64,000 bases of DNA from Candidatus Bathyarchaeota archaeon (GTDB lineage: Archaea > Thermoproteota > Bathyarchaeia > Bathyarchaeales > Bathycorpusculaceae), in assembly GCA_963775895.1 (NCBI GenBank), contig CAVZKL010000017.1:64001-128000 (forward strand), written 5' to 3'. Positions 1 to 9,596 of this stretch are shown piece after piece. Positions within the stretch are counted from its first letter, which is position 1; every line of letters starts with the position of its first letter. Under the pieces are notes generated by a model. That model did not search any database, was not told where the DNA came from, and saw only the letters and a list, made by a program, of their open reading frames with translations. The translations under genes and the position numbers were made by a program.

Positions 1-5
1 GCAGA

Positions 6-461
6 TTGTACCCCTCCCGACCTATCGTCGGAATCGGCGCAATAATAATACGTGATGACAGGATTCTGCTTGAGAAGAGAAAGAATGATCCAGGAAGAGG
101 CAAGTGGAGTGTTCCTGGCGGAATAGTGGAAGTCGGAGAAACCTTGGAACAGACCGTCATCAGAGAAGTGAAAGAAGAAACAGGCCTTATCGTCGGTAAC
201 CCAGTCATCATCGACGCTGTAACCCATATCACCCTCGACGAAAATGGAAAGGTGAAATTTCATTTCGTCATAATCGATTATCTGGTAACACTCAAAGGCG
301 GAAAAGCTGAAGCTTCAAGCGATGCTGCGGCACTGGAATGGGTTCCGCTTGATGCAGTTGAAACCAAGGACCTGACGGAAACTTTCCGTGAATTCTTTGT
401 CAAGAATCATGAAAAACTGAAAAAACTCTCTTCAGGTTCTTCAAACTCGTTGCAAATCTGA
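6..461 (+). CDS. NUDIX hydrolase (ADP-ribose pyrophosphatase-like)
   Basis: Nudix box GGIVEVGETLEQTVIREVKEETG. Confidence 0.9.
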   Translation: MYPSRPIVGIGAIIIRDDRILLEKRKNDPGRGKWSVPGGIVEVGETLEQTVIREVKEETGLIVGNPVIIDAVTHITLDENGKVKFHFVIIDYLVTLKGGKAEASSDAAALEWVPLDAVETKDLTETFREFFVKNHEKLKKLSSGSSNSLQI

Positions 462-471
462 GATGCGCCAG

Positions 472-1932
472 TCAGTCTGTATCTGTGAAGAAAAGTCTGG
501 TCTCTCCCATCGTTTTGATGTCCAATGCTTTTACCTTGGCAACTATTGGAAAGTCTCCTACAACTTTTCCAAGCGTGAGGCAGTGATGCGGTGGAAGGTC
601 TCGCGCTATCGACCTTACGGTTTCTGCGTCCACGCGTGCAGCTCTTGAAACGACGTCCAAGTCATGCTCGTTAGTGAAGTTGAAGAGGAAAATGTTGTCT
701 GCCTGACGGTAGATGTTCTCCTTGATAGTGTCAGGCTGGTTCGTTATGAACGTCGTGAAGATTCCGAAGTGACGCATGCGAGTCACGATGTCGTCCCAGT
801 AGGTCTCTCGCAGATAGAGATGTGCTTCTTCGGCGAAGAGGAATGCAGCCTTGAGCTTGCCAGCCGTTAATGTGTCCAGCAGTTTTCCGAGCATGTACTC
901 GACCACTATTTGTCGGTCGATCGTTGACGTGTTCTTGAGGTTGATGATTATGGCCCCTCCTTCCTGCTTCGCTCTCAACAGGACCTCCTCAAGGAGAGTT
1001 GCCTCCGCGATATTGTCTGTGAAGAAGCCACAGTTGACGAGGGCGTGGTAGCGGGAAAAAAGCGCGTCTCGAACGTGTTGGTTGCAGTTCCAGTTGGGTA
1101 TTGTCTCTCCCAACTCGTTCAAGGTGAGCTTGTCTTTTTCTCGAAGTTCTTTCCATATTCGCCTGAATTCGCGTGTTGATGTGCCCGGAAGATGAAGTGC
1201 ATGAACGAGTATGCCTAACAATATATGCAGACTCAATTGTTTCAAGGCTACTTTGAAGTTCTGTGATGGCGTAAGAACGTGTATCTTATCGTAGTTGATG
1301 TTCCTCTTACCGTCAGAAGTCATTCCTAGGCTGAGGTATTCACCGTTAAGATCGAAGACCACGATCGTTGCCTTGTACCCCACGAGATTGGACATTAGAA
1401 GCTTTGAAAGGTGACTCTTGCCTGTCTCTTTTTTTCCAGTGATTATGTTCAGCCTTCCGTCTATAGCTGAGGCGTCAATCGTTAGAAGTGAGGAGTCTTT
1501 TGTGGTGCCAATGGTTATCGGGAGTTTCCCATGGATTTTTGCGAGATTGAGTAACGTTGGAACTGGCAGTTTCTTTATCGTTGATTGCGAGCGGCTGGGC
1601 AACCAGGAACTGCTCGGAGTGAGAGTGTCGTTTTCTACCGTGGCCCGTATTTTGCAGATCAGGAGGCTGGCATCCTGAATGTAAGTGATGTGCGGAGTGA
1701 TTTCTAATGGATCGATGTCCTCGCCTTGAATCAGTTCTCCGCCATCTGGAAGACTTCGAAGCAGCTCCTCTAAGACTCCGGGAATAGTGGCAAACTGAAC
1801 GTCGATCACCTGAACTACCAAACCTCTTCCTGCTTCTGCATCTTCAACGAGCAGGTAGTCTCCTTTCTCGACCGTCTCGTTTGGGAAGCTCAGTATTTGG
1901 ACTATGTTTCCTTCCTTCCGGTACAGTTTCAT
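472..1932 (-). CDS. HerA-like ATPase/helicase (DUF87)
   Basis: N-terminal HAS-barrel-like region, Walker A GKKETGKS, VFDLNGEY, Walker B FAEEAH, RMRHFG and TNQP motifs. Confidence 0.85.
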   Translation of the reverse strand: MKLYRKEGNIVQILSFPNETVEKGDYLLVEDAEAGRGLVVQVIDVQFATIPGVLEELLRSLPDGGELIQGEDIDPLEITPHITYIQDASLLICKIRATVENDTLTPSSSWLPSRSQSTIKKLPVPTLLNLAKIHGKLPITIGTTKDSSLLTIDASAIDGRLNIITGKKETGKSHLSKLLMSNLVGYKATIVVFDLNGEYLSLGMTSDGKRNINYDKIHVLTPSQNFKVALKQLSLHILLGILVHALHLPGTSTREFRRIWKELREKDKLTLNELGETIPNWNCNQHVRDALFSRYHALVNCGFFTDNIAEATLLEEVLLRAKQEGGAIIINLKNTSTIDRQIVVEYMLGKLLDTLTAGKLKAAFLFAEEAHLYLRETYWDDIVTRMRHFGIFTTFITNQPDTIKENIYRQADNIFLFNFTNEHDLDVVSRAARVDAETVRSIARDLPPHHCLTLGKVVGDFPIVAKVKALDIKTMGETRLFFTDTD

Positions 1933-3011
1933 GAATAGCTCTCTCCTTTGCCGAAGGGTCCGAACAAAAGTTTATGCATGTCTGGTCTGTTGACGATTTG
2001 AAGCCCACACTTGCGCGTAATGAAGTGCCGCATAGCGAGAACTTCGTTGGCTGTGAACGTGCAGAAGATATGTGCGAGACGGAGCGTTTCGGGATAACTC
2101 TGTGATACGAGATCGTTTCCCAGAAGCCTCTGTACTGCTTCGATCCTCGAGTCAGATGGAACTTCTTGGTCGATGTCCAATCGGAAAGCACAGCTTCCTT
2201 TGCTTAGCTTGGCAACGTACACCGCTCCGAGAGTGACCATCGGAGGGTTCAACCTCAACCCCACTGTTTCGAGCAAGTAGGGAGGGCGTTGGTCGAGCTT
2301 GAGTTCTGTTATGAGACATCCGTTGACTCTCAGGCTGGTCATTTTTGAGAAAGCCAGTATCGTGTTGCCTCTGTTTCTTCCATCCCTCAAAGTTTCTCTC
2401 AATCGTTGAGTCGGTGTGTCAGGCGTTCCTGAGGTGAGTGAACCGTCGAAAAGAATCAGTCCGTTTTCAAGGGTTCTTGTGAGCATTGATTGTTGCCATC
2501 TTTCGAGAAGAGTCGCAATTCGGGTGGGCATCTGCAGCAGACTAGGTGAACTCTGGCGACTTTGCATGTGCATCGACGGAAAATACGAATTTTCGAGTGC
2601 GTTAAAGACTTCGTTTTTGTTGTCGTCCGTTACGTGAAAGATGAATGGGCCCAGTCTCGTGTAACGGTAGTTTTCTCTCTGTTTCCATACGTTTGCGCCT
2701 CTGATAGCAAGGACTATTCCCGCACTTGTTTCTGCTATTTTCATCGTCGATGTGTCTACTGCGGCAACTATCGTTTCTTCGTGAAGAGGTCTCAGCGATA
2801 TTGGTTCCAGCCTTATTCTCAGCGTTTGCATACGTTCTTCGGGATTCACTTGTTGAAACACTTGTTCGTTCAATTGAAGGGATCGAACATGGTTTTGCAT
2901 CAATGAATGCAGGCTGAGTTCCGTAAACTGCTTTGGAAGCAGCGTGTCCATGGTGGATTGTGGAAAATTATATTTTGGTGTTGTTGCAATAGGGTATTGT
3001 GCAATCACCAA
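1929..3011 (-). CDS. NurA-like nuclease
   Basis: AAVDTS, ILFDGSL and C-terminal YPETLRLAH motifs of the NurA family; 4-nt overlap with the HerA-like gene. Confidence 0.75.
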   Translation of the reverse strand: MVIAQYPIATTPKYNFPQSTMDTLLPKQFTELSLHSLMQNHVRSLQLNEQVFQQVNPEERMQTLRIRLEPISLRPLHEETIVAAVDTSTMKIAETSAGIVLAIRGANVWKQRENYRYTRLGPFIFHVTDDNKNEVFNALENSYFPSMHMQSRQSSPSLLQMPTRIATLLERWQQSMLTRTLENGLILFDGSLTSGTPDTPTQRLRETLRDGRNRGNTILAFSKMTSLRVNGCLITELKLDQRPPYLLETVGLRLNPPMVTLGAVYVAKLSKGSCAFRLDIDQEVPSDSRIEAVQRLLGNDLVSQSYPETLRLAHIFCTFTANEVLAMRHFITRKCGLQIVNRPDMHKLLFGPFGKGESYS

Positions 3012-3051
3012 GATTCACCAATAGTCAATTGTTTAAGGAGGACGTATTTAA

Positions 3052-3080
3052 GTGTTGTGCATGTACAAGATGCACAATAC
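3052..3080. promoter_or_regulatory. Palindromic operator in divergent promoter region
   Basis: GTGTTGTGCAT-N7-ATGCACAATAC (10/11 inverted repeat) immediately after TATA-like TATTTAAG. Confidence 0.5.
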
Positions 3081-3101
3081 AATAAACAATGAGGTAAGCC
3101 C

Positions 3102-3503
3102 TTGACGGAGAAAATATCAAGACCGCCGATCCGCGTAAGAATGAAAATCGGCGATATCGAGTTCGAAATAGAATGCCAAGAAGACCAACTTCAAGCCACT
3201 GTAGACAAGATACTGTCGACGGTAACTGAAAAGCTCAAAGAAACACCACTCATGTTCGAAAGGGCGCCTCAACCAGCAAGAGCGGAGACGTGCAAGGGCG
3301 TAATACAAAAGCTATGGGAAGAAGGCTGGTTTGCAGTCGCTAAAGGTCTCAGCGAAGTGCACGACGAGCTCGCAAGACGAGGTTTCCACTATGACCGCAC
3401 GGCAGTCGCACACGCGTTGATCGACCTAGTCAAGGATGGGGTTCTTACAAGAGAAGGCAAACCTCGACGCTACCAGTATGCACAGAAAAGGCCTCCGAGC
3501 TGA
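3102..3503 (+). CDS. Hypothetical protein, N-terminal beta-hairpin plus C-terminal winged HTH
   Basis: IRVRMKIGDIEFEIEC N-terminus; LSEVHDELARRG...VAHALIDLVKDGVLTREG...YQY resembles wHTH. Confidence 0.7.
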   Translation: MTEKISRPPIRVRMKIGDIEFEIECQEDQLQATVDKILSTVTEKLKETPLMFERAPQPARAETCKGVIQKLWEEGWFAVAKGLSEVHDELARRGFHYDRTAVAHALIDLVKDGVLTREGKPRRYQYAQKRPPS

Positions 3504-3534
3504 GACAATCTCTCCTTCTGAGAACTAGCCGGGT

Positions 3535-4047
3535 TCAGATTCTTGCTTTGGTCCTGATTCTTGGCAGAATCTCTCTCTGCATTTGAACTAGCCCAAAAGT
3601 CGTGATTTTGTACTTCTCGTCAGCGGTCCTCATTGCCATTTCACTCTTGATCAGCTCTCCCAGACGTGTGCTCGTAATCTTTGCATCCTTGCCAAGTTTT
3701 GCTTGCAGTTCTTCCTTGGAAAGTCCAATCGCCTCTGTCCTTCCAAGCTTGTGTCCTACATAACTAGCAAGCAACAGCAGTGCTAACGTCTCATTATCCG
3801 TCAATTTGCTTCTTGGCACGAGCACGTAAGGTCCTTCTTCGGTAAGAGCGATTAACCCGTTGCAGTCTCGAACTAGGTTCTGCAGGTCAACTTCAAGAGC
3901 CAGCTTCTCAGCAATCGCGAATGATGGAAGGAGGTCCTCGAAGAATTTGTTCAAAAGCAGCCAAACCTGTTCCGGAGAGCCTGCGATTGTTTTTTCAAGG
4001 TCTCTGTATCTGATTTGGACGGTCATAGGATCCTGTTCTGGGCTCAA
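3535..4047 (-). CDS. Hypothetical winged-HTH protein
   Basis: LSKEELQAKLG...STRLGELIKSEM...YKITTFG (MarR-like wHTH); operonic overlap. Confidence 0.7.
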   Translation of the reverse strand: MSPEQDPMTVQIRYRDLEKTIAGSPEQVWLLLNKFFEDLLPSFAIAEKLALEVDLQNLVRDCNGLIALTEEGPYVLVPRSKLTDNETLALLLLASYVGHKLGRTEAIGLSKEELQAKLGKDAKITSTRLGELIKSEMAMRTADEKYKITTFGLVQMQREILPRIRTKARI

Positions 4048-4514
4048 CCCATTTTACCTCGGAGCTTGGTCAGAACTTCCTCTTCGATCCATTGCTCCCC
4101 TTGTATCGTGAGTTTGAACTCGGGCTTGTTTGGGTCAGGCTTGAACACTTGGCCCCTTTTTGTCATCTCGTTCAATCGTGCCGGAACCATGCATTTTATT
4201 CCGCTTGATTCCAACAATTTCTGGATCTGCGCCGCGGTACCCTTTTTGTCTTCCGACGCGTAAAGGGTGAGTCCTATGGCCTCATAATGTGTGAGGCTTT
4301 CATGGGCAACTATTACGGGTCCTTCAGTCGTTTGTTCAACTATCCCTTTCAGTTGAACTCCCGAGGGAGTTAAACGACTTGAAACAAGTTCTGAGATCTT
4401 CTCCACAAAGCCCTCTGGAAAGTCTTCGAGTGTCTTAAGAACCTCTGCCGGACTTTCGGCTTCGACCAGTATTTCGCCGAACGGTGTCTTGATGCGCACT
4501 TCGACTCTGTTCAT
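4044..4514 (-). CDS. Hypothetical winged-HTH protein
   Basis: AAQIQKLL...ARLNEMTKRGQV...FKLTIQGEQWI; ATGA-type overlaps with neighbours. Confidence 0.7.
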   Translation of the reverse strand: MNRVEVRIKTPFGEILVEAESPAEVLKTLEDFPEGFVEKISELVSSRLTPSGVQLKGIVEQTTEGPVIVAHESLTHYEAIGLTLYASEDKKGTAAQIQKLLESSGIKCMVPARLNEMTKRGQVFKPDPNKPEFKLTIQGEQWIEEEVLTKLRGKMG

Positions 4515-5017
4515 TCTGCTTCGGCTTCTCCTTTCTGTTTGATCGTTTCCTTCTCAGCGAGGATGTAAACGTATCCCGAGTTGGTCTGCCAGCGTACTAT
4601 CTTCTCTTTCTTTGCCAGATCCAGCAAGATTGCGCCCAATGCGCGCAAAGGCGTTTCCATTCGGTTCGTCTTTAGTGCTTCACTCAGCTCATCGATGGTT
4701 CGAGGACGCCATTTACCCCAGTCGGTGGCAAGAAGGTTGAGCACTGCTTCGTCTCGTTTTTCCGTTCGAGATATCTGAGGGTATTCTTGCGTTGGGGGCT
4801 TCTGCGGGCCAGCTGGTTCAGTTTTGACCGTCAGCGTGGTCACCTTCTTTGGTCTTATCTTTTCAAACGCTTTGTCAATGTTCGGAATTATCTCCGGAAG
4901 TCCCTTAATCGTTTTCATGACTTCTTCGTGGTTTCCGCTTATTTCTATCTCATATTCGCCCATTTTCAAACGGAAGGCAAAACTCTGATGAACACTACTT
5001 GACTGTCTACTTGGCAA
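4511..5017 (-). CDS. Hypothetical winged-HTH protein
   Basis: FRLKMGEYEIEISG N-terminus; PRTIDELSEAL...LLDLAKKEKIVR...YVY; TTG start at 5017 after GGGAG chosen (ORF extends to 5086). Confidence 0.65.
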   Translation of the reverse strand: MPSRQSSSVHQSFAFRLKMGEYEIEISGNHEEVMKTIKGLPEIIPNIDKAFEKIRPKKVTTLTVKTEPAGPQKPPTQEYPQISRTEKRDEAVLNLLATDWGKWRPRTIDELSEALKTNRMETPLRALGAILLDLAKKEKIVRWQTNSGYVYILAEKETIKQKGEAEAE

Positions 5018-5159
5018 CTCCCATTCCCACGATATAGAAAAGTGGTCACTGCTTTTAGGATTTGCGTATCCGTTTTCGCTTGCCACTCTTAACGATTTGA
5101 GTGTGTCTCGGAGTCCTGTTTTTCGCGTTTCTTAGTTCAGAAGAAGCTGTCTTGTTTCT

Positions 5160-5519
5160 CTATGTCACGCTAAACGCTGTGGCCAGTTTCATTAGGGCAT
5201 CAATCGATCCGTCAATTTTGATGTTTCCCTTGAGAAAGGCTGCCACAGGGGAAATTGAACCGTTCAATAGTCCCGCGAGGGTGTCTGTGGACATGTTGAG
5301 AGTCGCGACCGCTTCTTTCGTTTGCAATTGATTCGGGCTTCCCTTTTCAACTGCTTCGATTGTACCGTTCATGGCAAGTTTGGCCCAGTAAGCGACCTGG
5401 ATGTCTGTGAAAACGAGCTTGATGGCTTTGCCCCAACCTTTCGTTTTTTCAGCGTTTTGATCGATTCTCTTGGTGATGTCTTTTATCAGTTCGTCAGCCA
5501 ACTTGTTTTTTTCTGCCAT
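5160..5519 (-). CDS. SCP2 sterol/lipid-binding domain protein
   Basis: ATLNMSTDTLAGLLNGSISPVAAFLKGNIKIDGS signature. Confidence 0.8.
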   Translation of the reverse strand: MAEKNKLADELIKDITKRIDQNAEKTKGWGKAIKLVFTDIQVAYWAKLAMNGTIEAVEKGSPNQLQTKEAVATLNMSTDTLAGLLNGSISPVAAFLKGNIKIDGSIDALMKLATAFSVT

Positions 5520-5694
5520 GTGTCTTCAGCTCTGGTTTGCAGGTCTTTTTGACAGATAACGTGATATTTAATCTTTTCAACGACTAGCGGGGGTATGTCG
5601 GTTTTCGATATATGTTTTGTAAGGGAACATTGTATTAAATATTAAGATACCATACTATCTTTCGCATCGACTTCTACTAGGACAGTGAGAATGC

Positions 5695-6330
5695 TTGGCA
5701 AAGAAGGGGCTCGCAGTCTGGGTTTTCAGTTCTTTAACGTTTTTGTCCGTGGCTCATCTTGTAGAATCTATCTACGTTGTGATCTCTGGGAGTCCAATCA
5801 GACTTCTTGCAATGTACCCATTCATCGGTGACAAGCTGAATACGATATCCCCCATCGCGTATCTCTGGTTGTCCATCCTTGTTAGCCTAGTATGCTGGGG
5901 AATAACCTGTGCCATCGCCTTTCAAAATCCAATGGAACAATTCCTTAACAAAGTGCTCTCAGACGCCAAGAGACAGAGCACCGTGGAATCACAGCTCGTG
6001 GACAGTAAGGCCGAGATATTGGACGCGATGTATGAAACCCTGGAGTCAGGCAGCCAAGCTATCTCCACGGTCAAGGACATGATGTTCAACGTGAGGTCCG
6101 AAGTGAAGCAGCTTCAACCGTTGGCATCAACCGTTGACCTGATACGGCACGAACTGAACGGGTTAGTCGAGGAAGTGGAGAAGCTTGAGGGCAAAATGAA
6201 ATTCACGTACGTGTGTCGCTCGTGCGGGAAGCCCCTGCTTCCTGAATTCAAAATCTGCCCGTACTGCGGTGAAGACTCTCAACTCCTGAGAGCTCCGGCT
6301 CCGCTGGTTTCAGTGGACGAGCGCAAATAG
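5695..6330 (+). CDS. Membrane protein with coiled coil and C-terminal zinc ribbon
   Basis: Two TM segments, heptad region, CRSCG...CPYCG. Confidence 0.7.
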   Translation: MAKKGLAVWVFSSLTFLSVAHLVESIYVVISGSPIRLLAMYPFIGDKLNTISPIAYLWLSILVSLVCWGITCAIAFQNPMEQFLNKVLSDAKRQSTVESQLVDSKAEILDAMYETLESGSQAISTVKDMMFNVRSEVKQLQPLASTVDLIRHELNGLVEEVEKLEGKMKFTYVCRSCGKPLLPEFKICPYCGEDSQLLRAPAPLVSVDERK

Positions 6331-6339
6331 AGCCGTTTT

Positions 6340-8253
6340 CTATTTCGTAACTTCCTTCATTTTTTCCTTCAACACTCTGCTGACGACTGCAGCGTCGGCT
6401 CTGCCTCTCAAACTGTTCATCGCTATGCCCATTAGTGCGCCAAAGCTTCCTTCACCACGTTTCTTGATCAGATCCTTGTTGTCTTCGACGATTCTCTCAA
6501 TTGATTTTTCAAGCGCGTCACGTGAAATGGACTGCAATCCAAGTGCATTGAGAGCTTCTTGAATCGTCCTATCTTCATTCTTTGAGAGCCATTCTACGAC
6601 GTTTGAGAGCGCTTCTTTTGCAAGTTTTCCCTCATCAACAGACTTGAAAATATCACGCAGTTGGTCGTCCGTGATTGTTTCCACGGGCACAGCATCTCGT
6701 TTGAGAGCTTTCAAGGTTTCAGTCAAGAAGGCGGCCACTGTCGTCGGTGAAACGTTACTTCCTTTCACAATAGTTTCAAACAGTTCGCTGTACTCGGAAT
6801 TCAGAACTTGTTTTGCCAGTTTGTCGTTGAGTTTGTACTCCTTCTGTAGTCTCTCCAATCTCCGTTCTGGCAGTTCAGGCAGGTTCGCGTAAACTCTGTC
6901 CAGTTCTTCCTTGGTGATTTCAACTGGAGGAATATCCGTTTCAGGGTACATTCTTGCGGCTCCTGGCCTCGGTCTCATGTACCGCGTGGTTCCGTCAGGA
7001 TTTGGCGCTCTCGTCTCCTGCGGAACCCCTTTCAAGGCTTCGCGTGCTCTTTCGAGCACAGCTTTCAAAGCATCTTCGGTTTTTTCCTTCGCGTCAGCAA
7101 CGAAGACGACAGCATCTTCTGCTCCAGCTCCGACCTGCCTCCTCACATTTTCAATTTCCTGCTCCGTTATGCCATAGGCTGGAAGTTCGTCTGTGTGGAA
7201 CAAACCGCCGACTCTGCCCCAGAACCTAGCTCTGTCAGCCATCTCGGTCCCAAGACGTAGTTGCGGCGCGAGTTCTGTTTTTAGCATAGCTTTGAATCCT
7301 GGCAACTTGACGGCCACAACTTGTTGGTTCTTCTCAAGTGCCTTTTGAATGACTTTGCACGTGGTGCCTATGAACACGTTTGTGACGTTGAAGAACTTGT
7401 CTTCAATCTGTTCTTCTTTGATGTCTCTCTTCTCGAGCTCGTCTCGGATTTTGATGAGGTTCAGCTGGCGTTGTACTTCGTACTCTACGACGAGTGAGAC
7501 GAGTTCCAGTTCTTGCAGTCCTTTTATTTCGATCAGGGCTCCGTTCGGAATTGAAATGTTGATGTCCTGTCTGATTGAGCCGAGACCACGGATGACTTTG
7601 CCCGTTCCTCTGAGTATTCTTCCTATTGCTAGAGCAACTTCCTCGGCTTCTTCAGGCGATTTTATCACTGGTCCCGTTGCCACTTCTATGAGCGGTATCC
7701 CGAGGCGGTCTATGCGGTATTTTATCGTGTTTCCTTCTATTTCGCCAATTTTTCTGGCAGCGTCCTCTTCCAGGCTCGCATGTTGAATGGGAATGATCTT
7801 GTCGGCTACTTTGATTTCTCCGTTCAGAGCAATGGCGCATGTTCTTTGAAAACCGGTAGTGTTCGAGCCATCTATGACGGTCTTTCGCATTACGTGTATT
7901 TCGCTCACGGGCTTAGCATTAATCATCAGCGCGACGGTCAGAACCGTTTCGACTGCCTCCATGTTCAAGGCGTGAGGCGGCTCTTCGTCCATCTCTACGA
8001 GGCAAGCCGTTTCACGGTTTGCTTCGTAAAGGATTTTGACTCCCTTCTGAAACTCGAAGAAGGCCGCTGGATCAACTTGCCCAAGTTCACTTTGGGTCGG
8101 TCTCAATCTGCGCAGGAAAGTTACTTCTGGTTCTTCTTTAAAAAGTGCGGGTTTGCAGTTGCAGAACAGTTTCGTGGCGGTGTTCAATTGCTGATGAATC
8201 TCAAGCCCAACTTTCAGACCGATTTTCTCATAGTCAAATTCCAATGCGGTCAC
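6340..8253 (-). CDS. gatE: Glu-tRNA(Gln) amidotransferase subunit E
   Basis: GLEIHQQL, RKTVIDGSNTTGFQRT, DRLGIPLIEVAT, RPRPGAARMYPETD. Confidence 0.97.
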   Translation of the reverse strand: MTALEFDYEKIGLKVGLEIHQQLNTATKLFCNCKPALFKEEPEVTFLRRLRPTQSELGQVDPAAFFEFQKGVKILYEANRETACLVEMDEEPPHALNMEAVETVLTVALMINAKPVSEIHVMRKTVIDGSNTTGFQRTCAIALNGEIKVADKIIPIQHASLEEDAARKIGEIEGNTIKYRIDRLGIPLIEVATGPVIKSPEEAEEVALAIGRILRGTGKVIRGLGSIRQDINISIPNGALIEIKGLQELELVSLVVEYEVQRQLNLIKIRDELEKRDIKEEQIEDKFFNVTNVFIGTTCKVIQKALEKNQQVVAVKLPGFKAMLKTELAPQLRLGTEMADRARFWGRVGGLFHTDELPAYGITEQEIENVRRQVGAGAEDAVVFVADAKEKTEDALKAVLERAREALKGVPQETRAPNPDGTTRYMRPRPGAARMYPETDIPPVEITKEELDRVYANLPELPERRLERLQKEYKLNDKLAKQVLNSEYSELFETIVKGSNVSPTTVAAFLTETLKALKRDAVPVETITDDQLRDIFKSVDEGKLAKEALSNVVEWLSKNEDRTIQEALNALGLQSISRDALEKSIERIVEDNKDLIKKRGEGSFGALMGIAMNSLRGRADAAVVSRVLKEKMKEVTK

Positions 8254-9596
8254 CTTGCTCTCGTCTATAGCTCATTTTTTCCGGGATGCTTCGAGGTGAG
8301 AATTCGTTAGCTACGTTCGTGGTCAACAGTCGTTTTGCTTCCTCGCTGTCTTTGGTTTGTGCAAGAACCCACATCAGTTTGACAAGTGCTGTTTCTGGAA
8401 GGACGTCCTCTAGAGGGATGATTCCCAGGGCTTGCAAGTCACGTCCGGAATAGTAGACGTTCATGTTTATTCGTCCCCAAATGCACTGAGACGTCATTGC
8501 GACAACGAGCCCTTGTTGAATCGCTTTTTTCAGGGCTTGATGGCAGTATTTGCTTATGTGTCCTAGTCCGGTCCCTTCGAGAATTATGCCTCTGTAGTTC
8601 TTTTCTGTGTAGAAATCTATGACAGATGGGTCCATTCCTGGGAAGAACTTGATTAAAGCGACTTTCTGTTCGAATTTCGGCTTCAGAGCTAGTTTTCTCG
8701 ACGAATCCCGTTTCTGGTAATCATTTGTAAGCATTGATATGCTTCTGTTTTCTATTCTGGCAATTGGCATCGTGTTTACCGATTTGAATGCGTCTCTTCT
8801 GCTTGTGTGGAGTTTTCTCACTTTGGTTCCTCTGTGGATGGCAATGTGATCGTCTGACGTTGTTTCATGCATTGCAACGACGACTTCAGCGAATGGTCCA
8901 TTTGAGGCGGCTAAAACAGCGCCCAAGAGGTTAGTGGCTGCATCTGAGCTCGGTCGGTCTGCCGATCTTTGCGAACCCACGATCACAACTGGTACTGGAA
9001 GGTCTTGCAGTGCAAAGCTGAGAGCTGCAGCCGTGTATCCCATTGTGTCTGTTCCGTGAGCGATGACAACCCCATCGACGCCTTCGGAGATTTGTTTCGC
9101 GACCGCTTGGGCAATCTCGGTCCAATTGTCCTGCGTGATGTTTTCACTGAACAGGCTCAGGAGTATGTGAGTCTCTATGTCCGCGACATCTGCGAGTTCA
9201 GGAACGACGCTGTACAGGTCGCTTGCAGTCAGTGCGGGGCGAACGGCACCTGTTCGGTAGTCGACGCGACTGGCTATCGTCCCTCCTGTGCTGAGTATGG
9301 TCACCTTGGGGAGTCCAGGTTTTTTTTCTAGGAATTGGAGGGGGCGCAAAGGTCGGTTTTGCGCCTTCTCCAATTTTCTCGATTATCGTGTCTGGCGTGA
9401 CCGATATGCCTATGTTGTAGCCGTTTTTGAGTTTGACCACAACGTGAGTCTTGTCGCCGTATTCGGAACGAGGAATCAATATTCCCTCGAAAGTTTCGCC
9501 CTTTTTGGTCACGCGGATCAGGTCGCCAATTTCTGCCTTAGCTTTCTTAATCGCCTCAAGCGCTTCGCCTCGATACCCCGTTTCCTTGTCACTCAT
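8234..9596 (-). CDS. gatD: Glu-tRNA(Gln) amidotransferase subunit D (one frameshift in an A-run near 9320-9330)
   Basis: N-terminal KLKNGYNIG domain in ORF 9198..9596; asparaginase-like STGGTIASRVDYRTG and HGTDT in ORF 8234..9373. Confidence 0.93.
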
